Positions 23,166-34,039 of a DNA stretch of 64,000 bases are shown in pieces. The DNA is taken from contig JAUPSS010000005.1 of the NCBI GenBank assembly GCA_040285825.1, positions 186,001-250,000 on the forward strand. The letters run 5' to 3'. The notes under the pieces are model-generated. The model was not told the DNA's origin, searched no databases, and worked only from the letters and a program-made list of their open reading frames with translations. The number at the start of each line of letters is the position of its first letter. Position 1 is the first letter of the stretch. Position numbers and translations under genes: made by a program. Origin of the DNA: Eukaryota sp. TZLM1-RC. Taxonomy: Eukaryota > Protista > Metamonada: BaSk clade.

Positions 23166-23206
23166 AGTAACAAAAACATACAAAAACATACATTAAACAA
23201 ACAAGC

Positions 23207-26200
23207 ATGATTTATTGGGTCTTTACTCTGCTGCTATGTTCATCGTTTGCATCGACGTTGTCTCTTGTAGATGGCGAAACCTTGACTAATCAAACGTCTT
23301 CTACTTCAAAGTGGACAATCTATCAGGTTGAGGTTAATGATCTTGTACTTATCAACATTGATTGCACTGCTACTGACATATACACTATTGCTTCATCCTT
23401 TGATAACCTTCCCTCACCTGAATCATCACCTTCATCATGGGACAAAGTAGCCCATCATGAGTGTCCCCTTCATCCTTCATTCGCTGCTTCCTCTTCCAAA
23501 CGTTCTGGAACGATGTATGTGGGTCTGTTTTCTTGGACCACTCCTATGACCTTCAACATTACTGCACATCTCCCAACTGAGTTTGGTTCAATGTCAGATA
23601 GTACCCCTTTGATTCTTAACGTTTCCTTTCCGATTATGGAAGTTGACTACTACATGACGTCATCAGGTCACGTGATTCTAACTGGAACTCACCCCCATGA
23701 TTACGTTAAGGTTTTCATTTCCGTCCCCAAGATCAGCACACATTACTCAGTTACGACAACCTTTAACCACATTTTTGTACCGTCAGGTGTAAGTGAAATT
23801 GACAGTATTGATGTAAAGGGAGGAGAATGTGGGGAATTTATACTTTTCTTTTACAACACTTTAACCTCTGGATTCCATTTATTCCCAAGGTGGGTTCCTG
23901 ATTTACCTGCAGTGTTTAATTTTAAAGTCGAATTTTTCAACTATTCGCTTGTTATTGACATTGATAGTTCTAAGGAATATGTTAATAAGGAATTGTCTTT
24001 TAGTTCTATAGGAGAATCATTATTACCTCGCGTAACAATTCCTTTTTCTGTAAGTGAAACTGTTTTTAAGGTTGTTTTTAATCTACAAATTGTTTCTGAC
24101 AAGGTTAATTCATTTGAAATAATTGATGAGTTGTTACAGCGAAAAGTGGTCAAGTGTGGTCTTTTTGAAGATCAAAAAGCAGCGGAATCTGCAAGACCAA
24201 CTGACCTTGAAGACTGTTCTTCTTCTTTTTCTGATTCTTGGATTGTGCTGTTTTCTCCCAATCCTGAATTAGATTATTATATAAATATTTATTCAGAATC
24301 TGCCCAAGAAGCTATTGATCTATCCATTGGTTATAAGGGTTTTGAATTGCAAAAGTATCATCTCGAAGATGACTTTGGTGTTGAATTAAATTTCAAAAAA
24401 GGTATTTATGAAGCAATTCAGTTTTTGACTACTTTTAATTATTTTTCAACATTAAATATTTCTTTTTCAGACAAAATTTCAGATTTAAGTTTTTGTTACA
24501 AAATATTAGCACCTAGCAATTCCAACCCATGTTCTATTCATTGTTCTCCTCAAGCTGCTGATTACGTTGTTGATGACGTTTCTGATCAATCATTTTTGAT
24601 TTTTGACCAGGTTACTTATGGCCATTCACTTGCTCCTTTTGGCTTGAATGATTCTGTTTTATTTAGCTTTGAAACTGATTCAGGGGGTAATTCTGAAATA
24701 TCTTTTGATTTCAATTATTGTCCTAAAGGTTTTAGTGGCTTAAATTGTGAACAAAATGTCGAAGTTTTAGATAAAAGAACATTGGAATTTTCCTTGGTCG
24801 TCGCTAATCCAATGCATTTCCATCTACTTCCAATCAGTGATCGGTCAAAGTGTGATGTGAGACTTTCCTTGACCACTGAGAATATTGACCTATTGCTCCT
24901 CTATCGCCAAGCAGCCCCTGCTCTGTTAATAGAAGAACCATGGTTGAAGGTAACAGAAGACACGACCACTGTTAGTAAAGTTATAAAAAACAGTGATGAT
25001 CTCTTCTTGTCACGGCCATATGTCACTCTGATTGGGAATGATTCACTAGTGAATGGAAATTTCGAAATTGAACTTAATTGTGATTGTGGAAAAGGGTCGC
25101 CTTTGAGTGATGGAGTCTGTGATTGTCCCTCTGATTATCTTGGAGATGATTGTTCAATCAAAGTTTTTGACCTACCTGATGATTTGAATAAAGATCCAGT
25201 GTTTCAGCCCGGTCAAGTAAAGTCAATCAGACTTTTCTTGACCGCTGGTTCTTTCTATTCACTTAATCTCTCTTCAAATCCAAGTTTTTCACGAACTTTA
25301 TTTTATGAATTTAGTTACAGCGGAAATAAGTTTGCTAATAACCCCATTAATCTGATTAAACCTACCCAAATCACTTCAAAGGATGAAGACTTTACTTTCC
25401 TGGTCCCTTCAACTAATTACTACTTTTTTTATTTCAAATGCCTTGATGAGCAACGAGAGTGCAAGATAGAACTACAAGGTAAAGAACCCTTCAAGTCATG
25501 TCCTAACCAGTGCAGCAACAAGGGTGACTGTGACGTCAGCACCGGAAACTGTAGATGTTTTGACGGTCATTTTGGAGATGACTGTGCTCTTTCCTGTGGT
25601 GCTGGTCTGTTTTGGTCAAATGGACAGTGCCATGTCTGTGAGCGAGGTTTTTACAACAATCAATCTGCTGCCACCACATGTCTCCCTTGTCATAATGGTC
25701 ACTACTGTGCTGGTATGGGTACAATTACCCCCTCACTCTGTCACAGAGGCACTTACACTCCAAACGATGAACAAGGACATAGGAGATGCTATGTTTGTGA
25801 AACAGGAACCATGGCCAAGGATAGAGGAATGAGCAAATGTAACAATTGCCATAATGGCACACACTGTCCTTTTTCAGGAATGTTTCGAGCGACTCCTTGT
25901 TCCCCCGGTCAATTCACCCCTAATGATGGTAAAGCTTATTCATCTTGCTTGAAGTGTGATGAGGGGTTCCACAATCCTGTGTTTGGTAATACTCACTGTG
26001 AGCCTTGCAATGGAGGAGGGTACTGTGATGAAAAAGGATTAGGAGAGATGAAACTTTGTCTTCCTGGTAGCTATTCGCCTCATAATAACCAGCCTTTTAC
26101 TTCTTGCGTTTGTTTATTGTTTTTTTTAACTTTAGAATATCTGCAAAGCTGGCTTCTCGGCTGTCGAGCACGGTCAATCAAGGTGCGATGCTTGTAATAG

Positions 26201-26564
26201 TGGCACTTTCTGTCCCTATTCAAATACCTCAGTCCCTCTCCCTTGTCCATTGGGGCATTTCACCCCACCAGAAAGCCGTTCCAGAAGTTTGAACTTTACT
26301 GAGTGTATCCCATGTAGAATTAACTATTACGCTGATGAAGAAGGTTCTGATGAGTGCAATCATTGTCCAGTTCATCATTCAAATGATTTCGAGGGATCTT
26401 CAGTCTGCCACTTTGATGAAGTATTCATTGCCAAAGCAATTGGTCTTTGTTTTGTTTTATTTGTGGTAGTTCCTTTACTGTTGTGGTTAGCATATAGGAA
26501 GAAGAGAAAGCTTTCAAGCTCAGCAAAGTTGTTATTAAATGAAGATGAGGTGTTTGAAGCTTAA
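23207..26564 (+). CDS. Cysteine-rich type I membrane protein (EGF and GCC2/GCC3-type repeats), ~1109 aa; intron 26108-26135
   Basis: Signal peptide, CPNQCSNKGDC EGF, repeated CxxCxxG.YC..CxxGxY units. Removing the 28-nt GT-AG intron restores the frame into the TM helix and RKKRK tail. Confidence 0.88.
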
Positions 26565-26742
26565 TTGTATAAACTTATAAATAATTTATTTTCCTTTGCT
26601 TTTTTTGATCTGATGTTAGAAGAAAATAATATAAAAAATTTGGTTGAACAGTAAAATTTTGAAAAAAACTATGATACAAAAATTAAAACTGAAAGATTAA
26701 AGTAATCAGATTTTTTTAAATTGAAATAAAACCTCTTTAAAT

Positions 26743-27939
26743 TTAAATTTGTCCAACTCCAGTAACTTGTAATAAATTTTCCTTCTTATCTTCAGTCTTT
26801 TCTTTTTTCAAAACTTGGTGCTTCTTCTCTACATTTCCAGAACTTCTTCCTTTTATCGGAGAAACCTCTTCTGCTACCAATTTTATCTTTGGTTTTTGAT
26901 TCCCTTTTTGATTCTTGGCTTCACTCTTCCAATAATGGCTAACAGAATCAATGTCAATTCTATTGTGCTGAGTTTCTGGTGCCGGAGTTTGTAGAAATCG
27001 GCTCAACTCAATTGAGAGTCTGTAATTTTCCCCTTCCAAGTCTTTAATTCTTGACTTTAATTGACCTACCAAAATATTGTTTTGCTGACCATTTCTTGAA
27101 TTTTTAATTTCATTTTTGTGATTCTTGACACTTTGAAATTTTTGAAGTTGAGCTTTCAATGATCCATTTTCATTTATAAGCTCATTATTTTGCTCCTCTA
27201 AGATTTGAATTTTTCGCTTGAACTGAGCTGCACTCGTCACTCTTGCAGTGACACCCTCCTCCAAAATTTCGACCATTCGTTGCTTTTGCTTCGCTGCTTG
27301 TTGATACTTTTCAAGTTTTTCTAATACGACTTTACTCTCATTTTCTTCTTCAAAGATCCTCTTCCTCAAATCAATGTTACTGTGAATAGTGGCCTCTGCC
27401 ACTGGGCCAATTAGTTTCAAAACTTCTTGTTTTTTCGAACTTTCCATTGAATTCACTTGAAGTCTGAATTCTTCTGCCAAGAGAACTTTGACTTGTAGTA
27501 CCTCCTTCTTTAACATTTCTATGGTGGCCTGGGACTGAAGTTTAGCATCTTCTAGTTCTCGTTGGAGTCGTTCAGCTTGTTGAACGGCTTTAAGGTGTTC
27601 ATACTCCATGCTAGAGTAACCATCCAGTTTGCTTTGAAGTTTCAGAAGATCTGTTTTCAATAGAGCAATTGTTTGGTCTTTTGTGTCTGACTGGGAGGTA
27701 TATTCTGACTCCAACAGAAGAAGGTCACGCTCATGTATTTCCTTGAGTTGAGAAATGTTCTGTTCAAGAGTAGCAATAGATTTATCACGGTCTGCTAGCT
27801 GTTGACGAAGATAGGAAATGGTTTTTGAATTGTGTTTGATTTGAGTTTGAAGAGATATTACATCAGCAGATGTAGAAGACTCGGATGCTGGAGATGATGG
27901 TGGTTTTTTATGTTTCGTCCTGGTCTTTTTAGCAGACAT
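26743..27939 (-). CDS. Coiled-coil protein, possibly CFAP157/BBOF1-like ciliary protein
   Basis: 398-aa ORF with a basic N-terminus and long heptad repeats; family assignment tentative. Confidence 0.55.
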   Translation of the reverse strand: MSAKKTRTKHKKPPSSPASESSTSADVISLQTQIKHNSKTISYLRQQLADRDKSIATLEQNISQLKEIHERDLLLLESEYTSQSDTKDQTIALLKTDLLKLQSKLDGYSSMEYEHLKAVQQAERLQRELEDAKLQSQATIEMLKKEVLQVKVLLAEEFRLQVNSMESSKKQEVLKLIGPVAEATIHSNIDLRKRIFEEENESKVVLEKLEKYQQAAKQKQRMVEILEEGVTARVTSAAQFKRKIQILEEQNNELINENGSLKAQLQKFQSVKNHKNEIKNSRNGQQNNILVGQLKSRIKDLEGENYRLSIELSRFLQTPAPETQHNRIDIDSVSHYWKSEAKNQKGNQKPKIKLVAEEVSPIKGRSSGNVEKKHQVLKKEKTEDKKENLLQVTGVGQI

Positions 27940-28342
27940 CGGCTAGCAGGACAAAAATGTCAAATAGTAGTAACCCGTTGAGATTCCTTGAACAAATTGA
28001 ATGAAGATATTTTCGCTTCACATTTTTTGTGATACCTATCTGTGACATGAACCATATCAAGAGTAGCATTGACATTATGATTCCATAGTCATCCACACTT
28101 CTTGCCTCAGAACCGTTGGTGTCTTTGCTCTCCTTCAAGCTGTTTGATTAGGTACACGATGTTTAAATACTCAGATAGTATTGAATGCAGTAGAAATCAA
28201 TAGATTTCAAGGAATGTATGGCTTCCGGTTCTTTGAAAGATACAGTTAAATAAAAATAGAAAACATTGACCACCAACATCCCAAAATGCCATTTATTCTC
28301 TTAAACAGCGACTTAGTCAAAAAACAAAATACACAAAGGATA

Positions 28343-28564
28343 CTACGACAAAAGAACAGCAAATGCTGTTATAACCAGAAGGATACTGACTACCCAATGT
28401 AATCGTACACCTATGACACTAGCTTTGTACGCTATGCCAAACGCGCCCTTCTTCTGTGATTTCAGGAATTTACCAATCCGCTCAACACGACGGAGATAGG
28501 AACAAGTACATATGAACAGTAGTATGACTGACAGAGCTCCCATCGGAGAGAATACAGAAACCAT
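28343..28564 (-). CDS. TMEM167: Protein kish (TMEM167/Ksh1)
   Basis: VILLFICTCSYLR and GIAYKASVIGVRLHWVVS motifs, 73 aa. Confidence 0.9.
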   Translation of the reverse strand: MVSVFSPMGALSVILLFICTCSYLRRVERIGKFLKSQKKGAFGIAYKASVIGVRLHWVVSILLVITAFAVLLS

Positions 28565-28944
28565 TAGGAGATTTGCTTGAGGATATCAAAAGTATTTTTT
28601 GTAAATTGTTTTATAATGTCGCGTTTCTCCCTTTCTTTTTTCTCAATGCCTAACACATTTGACATGCTTTTAAACACACATGTTGACTTCCGTACACTCA
28701 ACGTACGTGCTTCGGAGGACACCAAGGTCAGAGCTGTTGGGACTGCTTTTATCTCGAATAAACACAAGCAACCTTCTGAAGAAGGGGTTTCTGAAATGAA
28801 TAAAACAAGAACCAACTCTTTCAAGGTATTTTCTCATAAATCAGTTTCTAAATTACAGAACTATGTTTTGATATTTGTTAAAATTCTCTTCTTGCTGGGA
28901 AAAATGCAAAATTGCTCAATACGCGAAACTTATTTCAATTGTCG

Positions 28945-29235
28945 TTGAAAATTTATGTACCTTTGTTGCTTTTTTGCTCAGTTCTTGAGGTAAGGTTGCT
29001 GTGGCTTTCCTTGCGGATTTCAGAGTAGTTTTAAAGGAAAGAACTGGAAGAATTTTCCATCGTGTTTACTGGCAAAACAGGCTTGTGTTTGCAATATATA
29101 AGGAAATGTTGAAAAATATTTCTGACTCAGTCTCTTCCTTTGGTCCATTTGCAACATATTCAGTAATTAACTTTTTCGATGTTGGAGAGGCAGATGACTA
29201 TGTAGATGTCTATTTGACATTTTTATTTTTATTTT
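28945..29235 (+). mobile_element. 3' fragment of CRE-like LINE family B
   Basis: AFLADFRVVLKERTGRIFHRVYWQNRLVF is homologous to 63614-63856 and 44074-44568. Confidence 0.85.
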
Positions 29236-30506
29236 TGCTTAATATATTATAGTTCTACAAGTTTCTAACTCACGTCAGTAACTTAGTTTTTTTTTAAATA
29301 AATGAAAATGTTCTGGTCTAATGAAGATATGTAAATAAACGTTAAAAGCAAAGTCTGACGGTTTCAGAACTATAGACTTAATATTGTCTTCGCTACTGAT
29401 GCTTTTGATGGAAAACAGAACATGTGAATTGGAATTATATTACAGCTGGACATTTCACGTCAGCAATAATGCGTCCCTTTTAATAATTTACATTAGCAGG
29501 TCAATGGATAAGTGAAAACATATACAGCCTCAAAAATTTTCCACCTTTTTTTATTTCTAGTTTATCCTGATGCATCATTGATGTTTTGTGGCCATCAAAT
29601 TGGACAATTTGAACTAAATAATACCTCATTAAAACTTTGAGGTATTTGTCTTTAATCTAACAAACCACATCATGATGGGTGATCACCAAGTTCTATTTAT
29701 AGCCCTCAACCTCTGTAGATCTTAAGTGGAGGAAGCATATTTCGTGTGTATGTGCCTTTTTAGGAAAAGCGAAATGAGTGTTTCGCTTTGTTTATTTCAT
29801 TATAAAAATAACATGAAACTGATCGATAAAACATCAGACTTGTTAATTAATGGTCTTGTTGACTTAAAACATTTAAATACTTTAATAAAATCTTTAATAA
29901 TTTCATTAAATTATTAATGATAACTGTTCCAAAAGACTCATATTTCTTACATAATCATATTTGTTAAATATAATTAAAAATCAATTAATTGAGGAAACCA
30001 GGTTAAGAAAATTGATGAATTTTCCAACTACAGTTAGGATTTGAAAATCATTTCCGGATATGTGTTCTGTTATTCATCAACGGTAACAGATTTTAGTTAA
30101 GGGAAAAAAAGGGGAATACAGGTATTTTGTAACCATTAATGATAATTTTGTTTACCCAATGTTAATATGTACAACCAAGACAAGTATTCTCGTTTCTTGT
30201 TTTAAAGAATCATCTTCAAAAATAAAGTACAAGTAGTTTAAAGTTCAACAACCAAAAAATCCAAAAAAATCCAAAATTAATTTCACTTTAAATTAAGTTG
30301 GAAACATTTAAAATTTCACATAATAAGCCCACTTCTGACACTGCGGAACTCATTGACTTATGATTCCACTTACCAAATCTTGATCTGTTTGCTACCTGCA
30401 CATAGCTTCTTTGATAAGGTGGAATTATTTTCGTATGGCAAAATGAATTCAAAAACCACTTCTGTGAAGATAGACTTCCTTTGAGATCCAAGTTTATTCA
30501 AATCTG

Positions 30507-33500
30507 ATGCTAGATCATTTATGTGCAACCTTTGAATCTACGTGTAGCAGCTTTCTTGCCTCTCATTTCGATTCTAATTCAGTCCCAGCTGTCCAGTTTT
30601 CAGGATGGCGTTCTATCTCTAAATCCAATGACCACACAAGCCACAATAACACAAGACAACGACCTGATGTCAACTCATCTAAATCTTCTAAACGTTTTGC
30701 TGTTCCCAATAAACGTGAAGTCATCTTTCACAACCCTTCGTGTTCATCTTCCTCTGTCAAACGTCCCCCCTACTGGCCTTCTCTTTGCGTAACTCTTGCC
30801 GACAAGGTACGTGCTTCTTTGGAAACCATTTTGGTGTCTTACCTGAATGAGTCTATCCTTTGCCATGAGAATTACTTGAATATTATTTCTCATACCAACA
30901 GACTTGAAGAAAATGTATCCATGGCTGATTATGATGTGTTTCTGGAGGAAGTTGTAGGTTCACAGTTCAAAGTACTAGCTCAAAAATCAAAAGAAAAAGT
31001 TTTACTTGAACAGAAAATAGAAGACTTGGAAAAATCATTAAAAATAACTAAACAAGAACTCAACTTTTCTGAAAATTTGTTGACACTGACAAGAGGAGCT
31101 CAAGATGATGCATTTTCTGAGTTTTTAACTGTCACTAAATCTAGTTTCCCTTTATTTTTCTCTTATTTAAAAACTTTAGATTTGAATTCACCACTGCGGT
31201 TTTATTTTGCTTTTTTTAATAACTTTAATAATGATTTTCCTGTTACAGAAAGGAAAAAAATCGCTAAAAATATAGCAAATAGATTTCGAAATGGTCTTTG
31301 TTCATCTTATTTTACAGAAATGCCTACAGAAATTATAGAAACTTACCAAAATTTTAGTCAATGTGAATACAATCTTGTTGAAAATAATGAACATTCTCAA
31401 ATTTTGAAAGAATGGTTTAAGGCGACTGTAAAGGTTTACAATAAATTAAAAGAGCTCACTGATTTAGAGGTGAAAATTTCCGAATTAAGGCTAAATTTTT
31501 CGGAAAATTCAAAGGATCATTCACAGCTTCAGACAACCCTAGAAACATTGCAATCAAATTTGATGGGAAATATTCTGTCAAATTACCAATCAAAAGTTGT
31601 CGAAGCTGATGCATTGCAAACCAGCAAAAGGGATCAACTTGAAATTTATAAAAGTTACCAAAATTTGGTGAATTTTCTTTCCAAAAATTCATCATATTTA
31701 GGCCTCACTATTGATCAACATTCACGTATTTCTTTTTCTTTTTTGGATGTTTTTTCTTGTTTTATTTCCAATTTTCTATTAAATTCTTTGGTTTTATCTC
31801 CTTTAGTGAAGGAAGAATTAGGTGAATCTTTGTGGAATCTTTTTGTTGATCCAATCATTAATGATCTTGAGCACGACGGACATGACGTGACCTTTATGAT
31901 CTTTGACCTGCTGGGAATTAGATTTCCTTTGAATTCTTTTTCTACAATTGTTAACCTGGTTGCTTCGCTAATTTCAAACAAAAACTCTTTCTTTTTATTA
32001 AACTCATTTCAAAATTTGGTTGATTTTTACCAAATTTTTGATACAACCCCAGTGTTAATCATCGCAAAAGATCCACTTAATCTCTATTTGAATAAAGAAA
32101 ACGGTGATTCTAAAGAATTAATTCAAATTATTCCCAATTCTTCATTAGATAACTTAAATGTTCATTTGAATTGTGTTATCTTCTCAGTAAATGATTCTCC
32201 TACTTATGCTGAAATTTTCGCTTATTTCTCTCATGTATTTGGTGAATTTTTCAAAGAGTTCTGTAATGGATCATTGTTGAAATTTTCGAGGTCAGGTGAT
32301 ACCCTTACTAAAATTAGAAAATTTCTTTTGAGCCATTCAAATGGAAAATCTGTACCAACGCTTGAAGAGCTCTGTGTGAGCTCTATTCCAAATTTTGACA
32401 GTTTTGACACTCCTCTTCCATCAAATTTTAACAATTTACTCATATTTATATCAAATTTAGTTTGTGAATCTATTTATTATTTTGAGAATTCTTTTTCTAC
32501 TTTTGTTCTTTCTTTAAATTTTGTTGAAAAGCATATTATTTCTAATTTAGAGAAAAATTCTACAAAAATAGAATTGTTTCCCCTGAAATTTTCAAATGTT
32601 TGCTCATCAATTCTGACTGATCTCCTCTCGTTGGTTTTGATCTCTATTTCGGGTGAGAATTCCAGTCAAATTATCGGTCTCCGAAAGTCCTTCCTTCTTG
32701 ATCTTTGTTTAAAAATTTCTTCTTGTCAAAAGGTTCCTATTTCTGACTTGTTGTATGTTTTTGAACCGGAAACCAAATCAAAAAAGCAGTCAATCGACCC
32801 CTATCAAGGGTTACTTTCCTCTAGATCATCGGCAACTGTGACGTCATTCAAATCTGAATCCAGAACTTCACCAACCAAGAGAAATAAATCAATTCTATCT
32901 ACCTTTCCATTGCCCACTGACTTCAAGAGACTTCCAAGTTGGTTGAATGACTCTCTCTGGATGAGAGTTTCTATTTTAGGCAACACTGTAGGTTTATCTG
33001 GAATCTCTCGTGAGGTCTTCTCAAATATTTGGGAAGATTTCTTTTCGAAATTTTCATCATGTCAGACTTTTCATTGGGATTTACAAGTTCCGTTAAATTT
33101 TACACATTCTTTTTACAAATTTTTGTTGTTTCTTGCCCTGGACCCGTCTCTTTTTCCTTCTTTAATTGAACCTTTTTGTGCAGAGCTCTTAGGCATTGGT
33201 GTGGGAAGTTTGCGAAATTTGATTGTCAGAGTATCAAATATTTCATCAATTTTTGATCTCTTGAGCTTTTCACATTGTTTTGATCCATTATTAATTGGTA
33301 CAAACTTTGGAAATTTAAGTAATGCCAATCTGAGCCAATGGTTCTTAACCAATTCTCTCAAAATTTCTCTAGATGCCTCCAAAATTCAAGCTAAAAATTC
33401 ATTGTTATTGGATCAGTCAGCTATTTTAAATTTTTCCAACATTGGTGGTAATCATTTCAATTTGGACTTTTCGCTTTTTAATTCTTTAATTGTTGATTTT

Positions 33501-33974
33501 TCTGCACTTAATTACGATAATTTTTCTTTATTTTGTGAGTGTTACTACTTTTTAGATGCTGAATTGACCCCTTATTCCCTACCCTGGGTTCTGGCTCTCT
33601 TGTGGGCGTTCAAGTCGAAGCATTTCATGGACTGTAACCCTTTTTTCCTCAAGATACTTCTACAAACACTACAATCAAAACCATCATATGACAAAACCAA
33701 CACAAAGTTGGAATCATTTTCCTTGCCATTGTCGTTTGTCAACGTCTTGAGGCAAATTGTTGCAATTTTAGACAATCTTCTTTACGATTCTAGTTCTATT
33801 GATCTCCATAACATGTATTCAAAGTTTTTGGCAAATTTTGAACAATTCCCAAAATCTAAAATCGAATTATCATTGGATTTAGTAACTGATTTCAATGAAG
33901 TTTTTTGCTCTAATGAAGTATTAGACTTTAATCCTTTTTTACACACCAAGCGGTTGTATTCATTGCCACATTAG
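30507..33974 (+). CDS. Hypothetical 1155-aa protein with coiled-coil segments
   Basis: Long uninterrupted ORF; no motif recognised. Confidence 0.75.
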   Translation: MLDHLCATFESTCSSFLASHFDSNSVPAVQFSGWRSISKSNDHTSHNNTRQRPDVNSSKSSKRFAVPNKREVIFHNPSCSSSSVKRPPYWPSLCVTLADKVRASLETILVSYLNESILCHENYLNIISHTNRLEENVSMADYDVFLEEVVGSQFKVLAQKSKEKVLLEQKIEDLEKSLKITKQELNFSENLLTLTRGAQDDAFSEFLTVTKSSFPLFFSYLKTLDLNSPLRFYFAFFNNFNNDFPVTERKKIAKNIANRFRNGLCSSYFTEMPTEIIETYQNFSQCEYNLVENNEHSQILKEWFKATVKVYNKLKELTDLEVKISELRLNFSENSKDHSQLQTTLETLQSNLMGNILSNYQSKVVEADALQTSKRDQLEIYKSYQNLVNFLSKNSSYLGLTIDQHSRISFSFLDVFSCFISNFLLNSLVLSPLVKEELGESLWNLFVDPIINDLEHDGHDVTFMIFDLLGIRFPLNSFSTIVNLVASLISNKNSFFLLNSFQNLVDFYQIFDTTPVLIIAKDPLNLYLNKENGDSKELIQIIPNSSLDNLNVHLNCVIFSVNDSPTYAEIFAYFSHVFGEFFKEFCNGSLLKFSRSGDTLTKIRKFLLSHSNGKSVPTLEELCVSSIPNFDSFDTPLPSNFNNLLIFISNLVCESIYYFENSFSTFVLSLNFVEKHIISNLEKNSTKIELFPLKFSNVCSSILTDLLSLVLISISGENSSQIIGLRKSFLLDLCLKISSCQKVPISDLLYVFEPETKSKKQSIDPYQGLLSSRSSATVTSFKSESRTSPTKRNKSILSTFPLPTDFKRLPSWLNDSLWMRVSILGNTVGLSGISREVFSNIWEDFFSKFSSCQTFHWDLQVPLNFTHSFYKFLLFLALDPSLFPSLIEPFCAELLGIGVGSLRNLIVRVSNISSIFDLLSFSHCFDPLLIGTNFGNLSNANLSQWFLTNSLKISLDASKIQAKNSLLLDQSAILNFSNIGGNHFNLDFSLFNSLIVDFSALNYDNFSLFCECYYFLDAELTPYSLPWVLALLWAFKSKHFMDCNPFFLKILLQTLQSKPSYDKTNTKLESFSLPLSFVNVLRQIVAILDNLLYDSSSIDLHNMYSKFLANFEQFPKSKIELSLDLVTDFNEVFCSNEVLDFNPFLHTKRLYSLPH

Positions 33975-34039
33975 TATTTACTGTCAATAAAACTTGTATA
34001 TTTACACTTTATAAAAAATAATCACAATAAACAGATAGT

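Noticed and set aside
29300-30480. Intergenic stretch with possible DNA-transposon relics (similar at 47250-47850, 48500-48950, 51400-52450)
   Set aside because: No TIR/TSD pair or catalytic motif could be supported.
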